Source of the DNA: a virus
Taxonomy: Duplodnaviria > Heunggongvirae > Uroviricota > Caudoviricetes
Length of the DNA stretch: 64,000 nucleotides
Reading direction: 5' to 3' (one strand)
IMG/VR virus record: IMGVR_UViG_3300031787_000054
Position 1 is the first letter of the stretch; the number at the start of each line of letters is the position of its first letter. Under the pieces are notes generated by a model. The model saw only the letters and a list, made by a program, of their open reading frames with translations, was not told where the DNA came from and made no database searches. Positions 1 to 10,483 of the stretch are shown here, piece by piece. Made by a program: the position numbers and the translations under genes.

Positions 1-91
1 AGACCATGTAACAGGAATACAAGCTAATGTGCCGTATTCATTGAAGATTGTAGCCTTCAATTAACAACTATTATAGGTCTTTGGAGATTAG

Positions 92-1738
92 ATGGGTCCT
101 ATTATTGATAATAAAATTAAACAACCAGTACAAAATCCTCAACAAAAAAGAGGAACAGGCTTTACTAATTTAGGTAGAATTCTTGGCGCACAAACTGGAA
201 GTAAGGTAGGTTCTGCTGTTGCTGGTGGTATTAGTAATGTCGCTCAACAATCTAGACAAGGAACTGAGTCAGCAAAACAAGAGTTCCAACAAAAAGCACA
301 AGGAAGTAGAGTTGCTTCTTCTCAACAAGGTCAAGAAAAAGGACAAGGTATTGTTAGTCGATTTGGTGTTCAAGCACAACCAGCGACTACTGAACCTACT
401 GCTCAACCAACACAACAAAATGTTGCTCCACAAAATCAACAACAAAGAAAAGAAGCATCTTTAGGAACAGTAATTGGTCCAGCACAATACCAAGGTGATT
501 TTCAAGATTTTACCGATGAAGAAATAGCTGATTATCAAAAATTAGTTTCAGGACAATATTCAGGACCAAGAGACTTAGCAAATCAAGAAGCTCTTCTAGC
601 TAAAGCACAACAAGCTGAGACACTTGGAGGATTAACACAATCTTCTGGTGGTAGAGAAGAATTGCTTCGTCAATTTGTTGGTGGAGGTCAAGGATATACT
701 TCTGGTATGAGTAAGTTAGATCAACTTATTCTAGGTAAACAAGGTAATTTAACTGGTGCTAGAAGAGACACTAGAGGACAAATGAGAAACGTTAGTGAAG
801 CTGCTCAACAAGCACAAGGACTAGCTTCACAGATTAGTGCAGAAGAACAAGCTGCTGCTGATTTAATTAAAGGAAATGTATCTGGAATTGGTTCAACTAT
901 TTCAGGTGATATTGGAAAAAGATTTGAATCTGCTCAAAAGTTTGAAGAAAATAGAGGCAAAATAGCTAACGAGCTACAAAATTTTAAAGGTAACTCAGAC
1001 CAATTAGGCGATTACTTATTCAATAAAGGATTAATAGGTTCTGAAGAACTTAAACAAATAAAAGCTGTTGATCAAGCGAATAAATACGCAGCAGGTCTTG
1101 CTGATCATGAACATGGATTAAAAGATAAAAATGCATATACTGAATCTTATTATAAAAGTAAATTGAATGATTTTATAACAAAAGGTACACAAGCTTCTAG
1201 TGGTTTATCAGAAGCTGGTGTAACAACTGCTGAACAAGCTGCTAGATTACAAGCTTTACAAAAGTTAGGAGCAGGTCAATTTCAACAGTATTTAGGTGAT
1301 GATATAAATAAAGTCGGTTCTTTTCAACAAGGTAAAGTGGGGATTAGTGGTAATGATTTTAATAAGTATTCTGAAAACTTAGCTGAACAATTGTGGAAAG
1401 CTGAACAAAACAGAATTAAAGATCAAATGGGTAAGGCTGAATTTGCTAGAAAAGAAATACCGTCTGGTTATGATTTATATGGTAAGCCTAAATACGATGG
1501 TATAACAAATTATTCAACAATTGATTCAGGAAGAAAAGATATATATGCTGATTACTTAAATCAACTAAGAGGCGATGCTTGGAAACTAAATGGTGCACCA
1601 GATTTAGCTACTCTTAATAAATTAATTAGTTCAGGAAGAGCAGATACTAAAAAACAATTAGAAGCAAATTTAAAACGTTTACAAGAACAAGGTTATGATG
1701 TTAATGATGAACGTTATTTTGATTTTTATAATAAATAG
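92..1738 (+). CDS. Gln/Ala-rich virion-associated protein (putative internal/ejection or tail-associated protein)
   Basis: 548-aa ORF with an RBS-like GGAG upstream. Q/A/G-rich low-complexity composition. First of a co-directional block that ends at a holin. Confidence 0.35.
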   Translation: MGPIIDNKIKQPVQNPQQKRGTGFTNLGRILGAQTGSKVGSAVAGGISNVAQQSRQGTESAKQEFQQKAQGSRVASSQQGQEKGQGIVSRFGVQAQPATTEPTAQPTQQNVAPQNQQQRKEASLGTVIGPAQYQGDFQDFTDEEIADYQKLVSGQYSGPRDLANQEALLAKAQQAETLGGLTQSSGGREELLRQFVGGGQGYTSGMSKLDQLILGKQGNLTGARRDTRGQMRNVSEAAQQAQGLASQISAEEQAAADLIKGNVSGIGSTISGDIGKRFESAQKFEENRGKIANELQNFKGNSDQLGDYLFNKGLIGSEELKQIKAVDQANKYAAGLADHEHGLKDKNAYTESYYKSKLNDFITKGTQASSGLSEAGVTTAEQAARLQALQKLGAGQFQQYLGDDINKVGSFQQGKVGISGNDFNKYSENLAEQLWKAEQNRIKDQMGKAEFARKEIPSGYDLYGKPKYDGITNYSTIDSGRKDIYADYLNQLRGDAWKLNGAPDLATLNKLISSGRADTKKQLEANLKRLQEQGYDVNDERYFDFYNK

Positions 1739-1749
1739 GAGAATATAAT

Positions 1750-2730
1750 ATGGGTCCATTAGCAGCAGCAGGTGTATCAGTTGGTGCACAAGTCGTTGGA
1801 GGAATGTTAGCCAATAACGCTGCATCAGGTGATAGAGCTAGAGCAAATGAATTAGCTGGAGAAGCACTTAGTGTTTTAAAAGACTTAGGATTACCTCCTG
1901 ATTTATCTAGACAGATAATATTCGAACAGTTTACACAACAAGGAATGATGACTCCTGAATTGGAGCAAGAAATTTCTGCTGGTAAATCTGAGTTTGAAGA
2001 CTTCCAAGAAGCACCAGAAATGCGTACAGCACAACTGGAAGCACTACAAGCTCTACAACAAAGAGGTAGGACTGGATTAGGTGCTGAAGATAGAGCTGCT
2101 TTAAATCAAGCTCGTAGAGATGTTCAAAAAGATGCTGAAGCTAAGAGACAACAAATATTAATGGATATGCAAGCTAGAGGACAATCTGGTTCTGGAGCTG
2201 AATTAATTGCTCAATTATCAGGAGCACAAGCTGCACAGGAAACACAAGCAGCTGAATCTGATAGATTAATGTCACAAGCAGCACAAACTGCTCTTCAGTC
2301 AATTCAAAATGCTGGAACTTTAGGCGGTAATATTCGATCACAAGATTACGGTATTCAATCAGAGAAAATGTCAGCAGGTGATGCAATGAATAGATTTAAT
2401 ACTGAATTATCGGCTGGTAGACAACAACGTAATGTTGGTTCAATAAATGAAGCAAGAGCTTCTAATTTAGGTGAAAAACAAAGATTAGCTGATGCTAATA
2501 TTGCAGTAAGAAATGCTGAGAGACAAAGACAACGTGATGCTGAAGCTCAAGAATATGGTTTAAATATGGATAGAGCTAAGTTATTATCTGGTGGATATCA
2601 AGATGCTTCTAAAGTAGCACAAGCTAGAGGTGATACAACAGCTGCTCAAACAATGGCTGTTGCGAATGCTGTTGGTGGAGGAGTTAACTCTTATATGAAA
2701 TGGAACAAAAACGCAGCTAAAAAAGAATAA
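1750..2730 (+). CDS. Ala/Gln-rich helical structural-module protein
   Basis: 326 aa. Tightly spaced after the previous ORF (AGGAGA RBS). Repetitive AQ/EA-rich composition, predicted mostly helical. Confidence 0.3.
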   Translation: MGPLAAAGVSVGAQVVGGMLANNAASGDRARANELAGEALSVLKDLGLPPDLSRQIIFEQFTQQGMMTPELEQEISAGKSEFEDFQEAPEMRTAQLEALQALQQRGRTGLGAEDRAALNQARRDVQKDAEAKRQQILMDMQARGQSGSGAELIAQLSGAQAAQETQAAESDRLMSQAAQTALQSIQNAGTLGGNIRSQDYGIQSEKMSAGDAMNRFNTELSAGRQQRNVGSINEARASNLGEKQRLADANIAVRNAERQRQRDAEAQEYGLNMDRAKLLSGGYQDASKVAQARGDTTAAQTMAVANAVGGGVNSYMKWNKNAAKKE

Positions 2731-2749
2731 CAACCAAAAAGGATAAAAT

Positions 2750-3748
2750 ATGAAACAAAAAACAAAATTTGATGAAGAATTAGATATACCTAAAAATAAG
2801 TCATTAATTAAAACAAACGACGATCTAACTGATATAAGAAATAGATCATTAATTACAACAGACGATGATTTAACTGAATTAACAAAACAAGATATCTCTC
2901 GTAAAATAAGAGAGTTTGACCGAGATACAGACAATACAAAATTATTTCATGAAGTCAGAGAGATGTTAAATCCGATAAATAAAGAAAACGAAATGTATCC
3001 TGAAGGATTTGATACACGTAGTATGTCAGCTACAAAGAACAAAATTAATCCAGATAGGAGAGAACTAAATAAAGAAATGAATCGTATTAATGAATTATAT
3101 CAACAATATGATTTGGAAATGCGAAAAGCAGGGGCTAGTGATATCCAGCGTCAAAAAATGCGTGATATGATGAATGATAAAAAATCTGAGTTAATTGCTG
3201 AGAAAGGTGACGATTTACAGAAATTAAATAAGTTTGGTAAATTAATGAGTAAAGCAAAGAAAGCTCTGCCTGTCGTTGGAGGGATTGCAGCTGGAGTTGG
3301 TGCACTTCAATCAGGAGATGCAGCTGCTGCTGGTATTGATTTCTTAGTTCCCGGTGGGTTAGAGTCAGTTGATGCTGCTCCAGGGTTGGATACAGCGATT
3401 GAAAAGGGACAATTACCTTCTCGTGTTAAAGAATCCATGATGAAGCAACAAGAACAAGCATTAGAGCAATCATACCCAGAAGACACTGATCAAATTAAAC
3501 AAGCACGTCTTGCTGCTGCTAAAAAACTAAAAGAACAACAATTATCTGCTTTTAAAAGAAAAACAGAACAAAATCAAGAAGATGATATGAAAGCAGATAT
3601 TGAAGGTGGAGTAGATCAATATTTCGACCCAAGACAAGAATACTATCCTAGATCTGCTGAAGAAGTTCAAAGACAGTTAATGGAAAATGAACAAGATAGA
3701 AAATTCAGACAATTAATGGGTGAAAGAAGAGTTAATAAACAACTATAA
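2750..3748 (+). CDS. structural-module protein with central Gly/Ala-rich hydrophobic segment
   Basis: 332 aa. GGIAAGVGALQSGDAAAAGIDFLVPGG segment. Same operon as neighbours. Confidence 0.3.
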   Translation: MKQKTKFDEELDIPKNKSLIKTNDDLTDIRNRSLITTDDDLTELTKQDISRKIREFDRDTDNTKLFHEVREMLNPINKENEMYPEGFDTRSMSATKNKINPDRRELNKEMNRINELYQQYDLEMRKAGASDIQRQKMRDMMNDKKSELIAEKGDDLQKLNKFGKLMSKAKKALPVVGGIAAGVGALQSGDAAAAGIDFLVPGGLESVDAAPGLDTAIEKGQLPSRVKESMMKQQEQALEQSYPEDTDQIKQARLAAAKKLKEQQLSAFKRKTEQNQEDDMKADIEGGVDQYFDPRQEYYPRSAEEVQRQLMENEQDRKFRQLMGERRVNKQL

Positions 3749-3765
3749 TAGAAATAGGTTAATAC

Positions 3766-5727
3766 ATGGCTGGAAAAGTAATATCTGAGCTTATTGAAAG
3801 AGTAATGTCTAAAGGTGCTTCAAGAAATGAAGCAGTTGAAGCTGTTGCTAAAACAATGGGCAGAAATGCAGATGAAATCGACGAAGTACTAAAGTATTCA
3901 GATGATATACCTTCATCTCCTATGGGTCAAGGTAAGAACTTAGGTGCTTTACAAGAAGCTAAAGTTGGTGCTCCTGATATTGGTGAAGCTAACGTTGTTA
4001 AACCAGATGCTCCTAGTTATCCTTCGAATATTACACAAGATGAATTAGCTACACGTTCTCCTTTTAAATTAGAAGGCGAACCAGTGACTAAAGATTTTAC
4101 TATGCCAGACCCAGATGCTGGTTTACCTGTTGTTAGAGGCAATACACTTCCTGAAGTTGTAGATATGCCTAAATTACCTGAATACCAAACTAGTATTCCT
4201 AGTCGTCCTAAATTTGATGCACAAGATTATAAAGCACCAACTGGTCCAGATTTAACTCCTCCAAGAAAGGCTCAAGTAAACACTGTTGAATCTTTAGATA
4301 CAAAAACAAGAGATCAAATAGCATTGAATACTCCTTTCAGACCAGATGAAAAAGGTATGTCTGTTAAGAATATACTAACAGGTACTGCTGTAGGATTGGG
4401 AGGTTTATATGGTGCTAATGAATTGTTTGGTGATTCACCTCAACAACAAATACCTTTAGCTTCTAAACCAAATAAAGAAATAACTCCTCCTGTTACAGAA
4501 AATAAACCAGAAGATGCTACTGCACCGAAGAAACCTGTTGACTCTAAGAAAGGAAAACAGAATGTTCAAGGCGAAGTTACACCTCCTGTTGAACCTCCTA
4601 AAACAGAAGAAAAGACTGAACCTAAGTCCAAAGAAGAAGATGTTTTAGATAAATACATGAAGATGATGGACGAAGCTGAACAAAAGCGTCAAGATGGTGA
4701 ATTTATTAATGCTATGTATAGAGCTGGTATTATGGCGGGTTCTGCTATTGCAGGAGTGAAACCAGATTATGCTTTAGTAGATGCTTTAGATAAATTAGTA
4801 GATTCAGATGTTAAACGTGTAAAGAATATGATGGGTACTCAATCTGACGTTAATAAATTAAAACAAGCACGTAAATTAGAATTATTAGAAGAGAAGGCTA
4901 ATGACCCCAATAATGCTTTAGCTGTTAAAGCGACATTAATGATGAAATCTAGAATACCTAATTTTCCAGAAGGTCATTCTGTTGCTGAAATTGAGAAATT
5001 AACAGGACTTAAAGTTTCAACTATTCTAGGATACGAAGAAAATGAAAAGTCAGCGGAAAAAGCTTTTGATAGACAGAAAATGTTAAAACAATTAGAACTT
5101 GAATCAGCTCAGCGTGAAAAAGAAAATCGTTTAGATGAAAGACAAAGAAAGTATGTTTCAGAATTAAGGAAGGAAACAAGAAGCGGTGAACTTGGTAAAA
5201 AATATAGAGAATTTACTAAATTAAATATAATTGGTAAATCTTTAGATGAGTTTGCTAAAAACCCAACAGGGTATTCAGACTATGCAACATTAATGAGTGG
5301 GTTGAAAGGGTTACAAGGAGACGAATCAGTAGTAAGAGAGGCGGAGATTAGATTAGGTATGGAAGCTGGTTCATTTAAAGATCAAATGATGAATCGTATT
5401 GATAGACTTAGAACAGGTAAATCTTTACAACCTGGTCAAAGAGAAGCAATTTCTAATTCAATAAAAATACTTAGTACATTGAATAGACAGAGTTATTTAG
5501 ATTCGATTCAGCCTATTTTAACAAACGCTGAACAAGAAGGAATATCTAAAGATTTAATTATACCTCCAGATGTAATAGAAGCATTGGGCACTGAATACAA
5601 TAAAGATAAAAAAACACAACCAAGTCAAACTAAAACAAAGAAATACTCAACTGGTCAACAAGTTAGAATACGCGGAAAAGTATATAAAGTAGTGAATGAT
5701 AATGGTGACTTAGAGGAAGTTAAGTAA
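3766..5727 (+). CDS. large structural-module protein (Pro/Lys-rich linker, coiled-coil C-terminus)
   Basis: 653 aa. Pro-rich linker (PPVEPPKTEEKTEPK) followed by coiled coil. No recognisable catalytic motif. Confidence 0.3.
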   Translation: MAGKVISELIERVMSKGASRNEAVEAVAKTMGRNADEIDEVLKYSDDIPSSPMGQGKNLGALQEAKVGAPDIGEANVVKPDAPSYPSNITQDELATRSPFKLEGEPVTKDFTMPDPDAGLPVVRGNTLPEVVDMPKLPEYQTSIPSRPKFDAQDYKAPTGPDLTPPRKAQVNTVESLDTKTRDQIALNTPFRPDEKGMSVKNILTGTAVGLGGLYGANELFGDSPQQQIPLASKPNKEITPPVTENKPEDATAPKKPVDSKKGKQNVQGEVTPPVEPPKTEEKTEPKSKEEDVLDKYMKMMDEAEQKRQDGEFINAMYRAGIMAGSAIAGVKPDYALVDALDKLVDSDVKRVKNMMGTQSDVNKLKQARKLELLEEKANDPNNALAVKATLMMKSRIPNFPEGHSVAEIEKLTGLKVSTILGYEENEKSAEKAFDRQKMLKQLELESAQREKENRLDERQRKYVSELRKETRSGELGKKYREFTKLNIIGKSLDEFAKNPTGYSDYATLMSGLKGLQGDESVVREAEIRLGMEAGSFKDQMMNRIDRLRTGKSLQPGQREAISNSIKILSTLNRQSYLDSIQPILTNAEQEGISKDLIIPPDVIEALGTEYNKDKKTQPSQTKTKKYSTGQQVRIRGKVYKVVNDNGDLEEVK

Positions 5728-7811
5728 TGAATATTAATGATTTCAATCAAGATGAAATTGAAGTGATTGGTAACATCAATGATGTTTCAGAAGATGAAAT
5801 TGAACAAATACAACCAACAGCTAGTTCAGTATTAGCTAATAAAGTGTCTGATGTGGCTGGTGATGTTACATCTGGAACAAAAGGAATAACTTCTAGTGCA
5901 ATAGAAGGTGTTCAAGATTTAGGTATGGGGATAGCACAAGGAACCACTTTAGGTGGAGCAGAAGAAATCGGAGCAGGACTCCAAACTCTACTAGCTAAAA
6001 TACTGCCTAATAGTCCATTAGACGTTGATAAACAACTGGCTAAACAAGGATTCACTGGTGACATTACCTCTAGTGCTTCTGACTTTTATAGACAAGCTGA
6101 AAACGAAGAACAAGATCGATATAATAAATCAGAAGAAAGAAGTCCTTTTTTATATGGAGCCGGTGAGTTAGGTGGAGCAATAACTACTGGTGTTGCAACT
6201 GGTGGAGCAGCTTCTTCAATGACTGGTATTGGACAACAAGCTTTAAAAGAAGTAGTGAAACAAGGCGGTAAACAAGCATTAGGTAAAGAAATACTTAAGC
6301 GTGGAGCATTACTAGGTGGAACTGGTGCTATAGAAGGTGGAATCGCTGGTGCTTTAGGTTCTGAGAAAGGTGAACTAATTGGTGCAACTCCTGAAGAAAA
6401 AGAAGCATTAAAAGCAGACACAATTGGTGGAGCAGTAATGGGTGGAACTCTCGGTTTCGGTGGAGGGTTAATAAGTGATATCGGTTCAACTTCTGCTGGT
6501 AAAGCATTAGAAAAAGCAAAACAAGCAACAGGTGAGTTTATTGAAGAAAGACCTTTTCTTCGTAAAATTAAAGAACAATATCAAATGGGTAAAGAAGGAA
6601 TAGACCCATCAAGTGAAAAAGACTTAGGTATCAGAACTCAATTTGATGAAGCTGGTAATGAAATAGTTGGACCTAAGATTTCACAGTATGCACAGAATGA
6701 AGCAACTAAATTAACAAATGAAATTATTGAAGCAAGAAATAAGATAGGTAAAACTGTAGGAGATGCTCTTGATAATGCAGATAAAGCTGGAGTGTCTATT
6801 GACTTAACTAATGAAGTTAAGAACGCAGGTCAACGTATAATGAGTGCTTATGATTTAGCACCGAACATTCTAGTGAACCCTAAAGGTAGAGCTGCATATG
6901 AAAGAATGGTACAAGTTGGACAATCGTCTGTAACTGAAATTAGAGCAGTATTAGATGATATGGATGCTATCTATAATCAATTAGACTCAATTAAAAATAA
7001 AGACACAGCAACTGAATTAACAATGAAAAACATTGCTGATTTCAGAAAACAAGTATCTAATAAATTAAAAGAATCAATACCAGCATATAAACAAGCCGCT
7101 GAGAGATTCCAACGATTCAATGAATTAGTTCCTGAAACAATTATATCTAAAGATAAACCTAGAGAAATATCTGGAGTGTTCTTTGGTAATTTAAAGTCTG
7201 AACAAAAAGATAATAAACTATATGATGCAATAATGGACTTACTAGACAAAGGTACAGCACCTGGTACATCTAGTTTAAAAGCTAAAACAGCATTTACTAA
7301 CATCCTTGATGGATTAAAACAATTCGAAAAAGAAGAGCTACTAAGATTTGGTAAAGGTGAAATATCTGAGCCAGCCTTTAAAAAGAAAGCATTAGACTTT
7401 GAAAAAGAAATTCAGGGTGTTTCTGATAAACTAGGCTCTATTAAATTGGGTATGTTTGAAAGAGCTGACTCTGGTCAACAAGCCAAAGGACTTAATGTTT
7501 TATTTGGTTTAGGTGAAGGATTGGCTGGTACTTCAATGAGAACTGCTAATATCGTAGGTAGAAAAATGGATAAAGTAGCTGATGTTACTAAAGCTATTTA
7601 TAAAATGCCACACAATAAAATGATGGAATTATCTCAGAAGTTAAAAGGAATACCAGGACTGAAAACATACGGTGAATATCTAGAAGAAGGTTTAAACTCT
7701 AATGATTTAAGTAAGAGAAACGCAGCATTATTTACTATTGTTCAAAATCCACAATCAAGAATGTTAATATCAGCAGAAGACTTAGAACAAAGTCCAGTAG
7801 AAGAGGAATAA
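5727..7811 (+). CDS. large Gly-rich protein (putative internal core / tape-measure-like)
   Basis: 694 aa. Start overlaps the upstream stop (TAATG). Gly-rich amphipathic repeats (GGAITTGVATGGAASS, LLGGTGAIEGGIAGALG). Confidence 0.3.
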   Translation: MNINDFNQDEIEVIGNINDVSEDEIEQIQPTASSVLANKVSDVAGDVTSGTKGITSSAIEGVQDLGMGIAQGTTLGGAEEIGAGLQTLLAKILPNSPLDVDKQLAKQGFTGDITSSASDFYRQAENEEQDRYNKSEERSPFLYGAGELGGAITTGVATGGAASSMTGIGQQALKEVVKQGGKQALGKEILKRGALLGGTGAIEGGIAGALGSEKGELIGATPEEKEALKADTIGGAVMGGTLGFGGGLISDIGSTSAGKALEKAKQATGEFIEERPFLRKIKEQYQMGKEGIDPSSEKDLGIRTQFDEAGNEIVGPKISQYAQNEATKLTNEIIEARNKIGKTVGDALDNADKAGVSIDLTNEVKNAGQRIMSAYDLAPNILVNPKGRAAYERMVQVGQSSVTEIRAVLDDMDAIYNQLDSIKNKDTATELTMKNIADFRKQVSNKLKESIPAYKQAAERFQRFNELVPETIISKDKPREISGVFFGNLKSEQKDNKLYDAIMDLLDKGTAPGTSSLKAKTAFTNILDGLKQFEKEELLRFGKGEISEPAFKKKALDFEKEIQGVSDKLGSIKLGMFERADSGQQAKGLNVLFGLGEGLAGTSMRTANIVGRKMDKVADVTKAIYKMPHNKMMELSQKLKGIPGLKTYGEYLEEGLNSNDLSKRNAALFTIVQNPQSRMLISAEDLEQSPVEEE

Positions 7812-7812
7812 A

Positions 7813-8205
7813 ATGAAAGAATGGTTACAAGCGTCAACAATCAGTATACTAGCCGTATTTGCTCCAATTAAAGCAATACTTATAACAGTTGGCTTTCTAA
7901 TATTTATGGATTGTATTACTGGTATGCTTGCATCTCGTAAACGTGGAGAAAAGATAACTAGTGCAGCTTTAAGAAGAACAGTGACTAAAGCTTTCGTGTA
8001 TCAATCTGCTGTAATCACCGGTTTCTTAGTTGAGACATATCTAATCGATAAAGCTATTCCAATTAATAAAATTGTAGCAGGATTAATAGGTGTTGTAGAA
8101 TTTAAGTCAATACTAGAAAACCTAAACACTATTCACGGTGATGACCTATTTAAGAAACTTATTGAGAAATTAGGCAGTATTAATGATAAATCTAAAGAAG
8201 ATTAG
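7813..8205 (+). CDS. holin-like small membrane protein
   Basis: 130 aa with two to three predicted TM segments and a charged C-terminal tail. Overall architecture resembles phi29-type holins. Lies at the end of the structural block. Confidence 0.5.
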   Translation: MKEWLQASTISILAVFAPIKAILITVGFLIFMDCITGMLASRKRGEKITSAALRRTVTKAFVYQSAVITGFLVETYLIDKAIPINKIVAGLIGVVEFKSILENLNTIHGDDLFKKLIEKLGSINDKSKED

Positions 8206-8654
8206 TCTGTATCTATCTTATCGAATAACTCTACTACTTCACTCATTATCGTTGAATCTTCATCGTTATTTTCCGTAATTTCAAACTCTTTCTTTTTCAT
8301 ATCCTCTAAGTAATCCATATTATGATCACCTTGTGCTTTCTGTTTAGTGTACACGCATCTATTTCTTTGATTATTTCTTCTATAACATTCTAGTTCACCT
8401 TGTTTGTCTTTGATGACTTTAACGCCTTTATGATTGAAATTAGCACATACAGTTTCTTCCATAAACGAATTAAGCCATTCTTTAGGGTTCATCTTAACTG
8501 TTGTACCATCGGCTAGTGTAACATCCATTAACTTATCTGGTATCTTTTTTGCGTAAGAAGCAACGTCTTCAATTTCTTCGTATCTAGTTTTTAGATTTAA
8601 CTCGGGTTCTAATGCTTTATATTTAACTTTATCACGTTTAGTTTTCTTTTTCAT
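8202..8654 (-). CDS. hypothetical protein
   Basis: 150 aa. Cys-containing (CANFNH...C..C) C-terminal half. Convergent with the holin. Confidence 0.4.
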   Translation of the reverse strand: MKKKTKRDKVKYKALEPELNLKTRYEEIEDVASYAKKIPDKLMDVTLADGTTVKMNPKEWLNSFMEETVCANFNHKGVKVIKDKQGELECYRRNNQRNRCVYTKQKAQGDHNMDYLEDMKKKEFEITENNDEDSTIMSEVVELFDKIDTD

Positions 8655-9312
8655 TCTTGCTCCTAGCTTCTCGTATTTGTTGTCTTTGTTCTTTAGTGAA
8701 CATCTTACTAATAAACTCTGGATTTATCTGGAACCATAGTGCACGATTAGAACCTCTTCTAGCTTTAGGGAAATATAACTTAAGCATATTTATAAAACTA
8801 GGATATGAAAATAATGATTTCTTTCCTCGTAGCTTACGTAATTCATTATAAGCTTCGTATATTAAGAATCCTTCACACCATACTTTACCTCCTAATAACT
8901 TTGTTTCATTTAAAAAGTATTCAAATGCGTTCTTTTGTGCAGAACTTTTCATTCTTCTTGATTTATTCTGTTTCAAATACTCAAATAATAACTTGGATAA
9001 ATTCATTGAATCAAAGTTAATACGATAAAACATACCGTTATGATTAGAGTAATGAGGTAAGTACTTATTGACCTCTAACGCAAATTGTATTTTATTTACA
9101 GGGTTATTAGAGTATGCTTTGTATAAGTCATATATTATCTTAGTATTTACTGCATTTGGACCAGGATTAATCTCAAACCTACTTAAAAAAGGAACAATGT
9201 CATTATAATACTCAGTTAGTACTTGTTCTGTTTCTATAACCTCTAAATCATTCTCTAAAGCGTCTAGGAGCGATTCTGTGTCGATCTGGTGGGGTAGCTT
9301 AGGGTTAGTCAT
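8638..9312 (-). CDS. hypothetical protein
   Basis: 224-aa ORF with overlapping start/stop coupling to its neighbours. Confidence 0.4.
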   Translation of the reverse strand: MTNPKLPHQIDTESLLDALENDLEVIETEQVLTEYYNDIVPFLSRFEINPGPNAVNTKIIYDLYKAYSNNPVNKIQFALEVNKYLPHYSNHNGMFYRINFDSMNLSKLLFEYLKQNKSRRMKSSAQKNAFEYFLNETKLLGGKVWCEGFLIYEAYNELRKLRGKKSLFSYPSFINMLKLYFPKARRGSNRALWFQINPEFISKMFTKEQRQQIREARSKNEKEN

Positions 9313-9695
9313 TATCTTAATTCCTGTGCCCCTTTAATCGCTAAACTAGTGGCTAGTACACCCAAAACGAACCACCCTGCTCTTTCATAGTTATTAACTC
9401 GTTTAATAGAGTCGATGTCTGTATGTAGTTGGTGATTACGTGCTCTATAATAATCAATCTGTTCTTCTCTAAGCTTAATCTTCTTAACCTGTAAATCAAT
9501 CTTTTTTCTGTAGTTCTGGTTTAACTTCTTTTGTGTTTCAAGATCAATTAGATCATTCTTAACTTCGATTGTTTTTTCTGGAGTGAATAGGTAACCAGTA
9601 TATGGGGCTGGCTTATTCTTCTCTATATAAGTTACCTGAGCAAAACTATTTAGGCTTATTGAAGAAATCAAGAATATCTTTAACATCGTTTTCAT
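9312..9695 (-). CDS. secreted/membrane coiled-coil protein (signal peptide + C-terminal TM)
   Basis: N-terminal signal peptide (LISSISLNSFA-Q), central coiled coil, C-terminal hydrophobic anchor. No lipobox Cys. Confidence 0.4.
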   Translation of the reverse strand: MKTMLKIFLISSISLNSFAQVTYIEKNKPAPYTGYLFTPEKTIEVKNDLIDLETQKKLNQNYRKKIDLQVKKIKLREEQIDYYRARNHQLHTDIDSIKRVNNYERAGWFVLGVLATSLAIKGAQELR

Positions 9696-9903
9696 TTTTC
9701 TTCTTCTCTCCTTCTTCGATTATTTGTTTCTCTTGTTTGTCAGTATCTTTTATGTCTTCATCGATCTTATCTATAACTTTTTCAATCTTTTCTACCTGTT
9801 CTTTAAGTTTTTTATCTGTTTCAACTATGTTTTTATTAACAAAGAACCTGTATAAGACGAGTCCGATAGTTGAACCCAAGACAGCAATAATTAACTCATT
9901 CAT
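9646..9903 (-). CDS. N-terminal TM, highly charged coiled-coil protein (Rz/i-spanin-like architecture)
   Basis: 85 aa. One N-terminal TM helix followed by a K/E-rich helix. Overlaps the previous gene by 50 nt. Confidence 0.35.
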   Translation of the reverse strand: MNELIIAVLGSTIGLVLYRFFVNKNIVETDKKLKEQVEKIEKVIDKIDEDIKDTDKQEKQIIEEGEKKKNENDVKDILDFFNKPK

Positions 9904-10071
9904 TTTTTCTCCGTTAATACTAAAATTATTTGTGATATAGTAAAGAATAATAAGAACTTAATACATTGAGAGGAAATATTTTCTTGTTGTTGCCAATCAG
10001 AAAAGATGATATTACCGATTGTTCCAAGAACAAGATTACTAAGAATCATTAATCTGGTTAATTCTTGAAGT

Positions 10072-10440
10072 TTACTGTTCATTCTTCTTCCTTTTCTTCT
10101 CTTTACGCTTCTCTTCTCTGTACTTCTTTCTGAATTCGTCTTCAATCATTGTTTTAGTTTCATGACAAGTCACACAACAAATTTGAAAAGCATTTGGGTC
10201 TTCAGGAAGTAACCTTTCAATGTATGCATCAAAGGTAGTGAAACCTTCTTTAATATCTATTACTGGAAGAATATGGTCGATTTGTACGTCTTTTCTTTTG
10301 AAGTTTTCACCACAGATAGCACATTTATATAATCCTCGTTCAACACGAGCATTTACTAGTGCTTGATTTCTTGGTTGCCAACGTAGTGACGCTGATCTTA
10401 ATACATGTTTAACAAATGCTATTCGGTTTTGTTTCTTCAT
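10072..10440 (-). CDS. HNH-like endonuclease
   Basis: CxxC...DHILP...CxxCH arrangement consistent with an HNH or zinc-finger nuclease fold. Confidence 0.5.
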   Translation of the reverse strand: MKKQNRIAFVKHVLRSASLRWQPRNQALVNARVERGLYKCAICGENFKRKDVQIDHILPVIDIKEGFTTFDAYIERLLPEDPNAFQICCVTCHETKTMIEDEFRKKYREEKRKEKKRKKNEQ

Positions 10441-10444
10441 CTAT

Positions 10445-10480
10445 TATACTATATCATACTTTTATGATTTTGTCAAGAAC
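10445..10480 (-). promoter_or_regulatory. conserved sigma70-like promoter (AGTTCTTGACAAA-N17-TATAGT)
   Basis: -35 TTGACA at 10476-10471. -10 TATAGT at 10453-10448. Confidence 0.6.
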
Positions 10481-10483
10481 TTT

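Noticed and set aside
219-6528. Antisense or alternative-frame ORFs inside the large plus-strand genes (219-464 +, 2174-2386 -, 2584-2934 -, 6086-6421 -, 6328-6528 -, 6977-7303 -)
   Set aside because: They are fully embedded in much longer, coupled ORFs and have low-complexity L/K/N or S/P-rich translations typical of out-of-frame reads of A/Q-rich genes.
9312-9903. Calling the signal-peptide and TM coiled-coil pair o-spanin/i-spanin (or a u-spanin)
   Set aside because: The putative outer component has no Cys at all, hence no lipobox. Spanins require lipoylation. The architecture is only suggestive, and the host envelope type is unknown.
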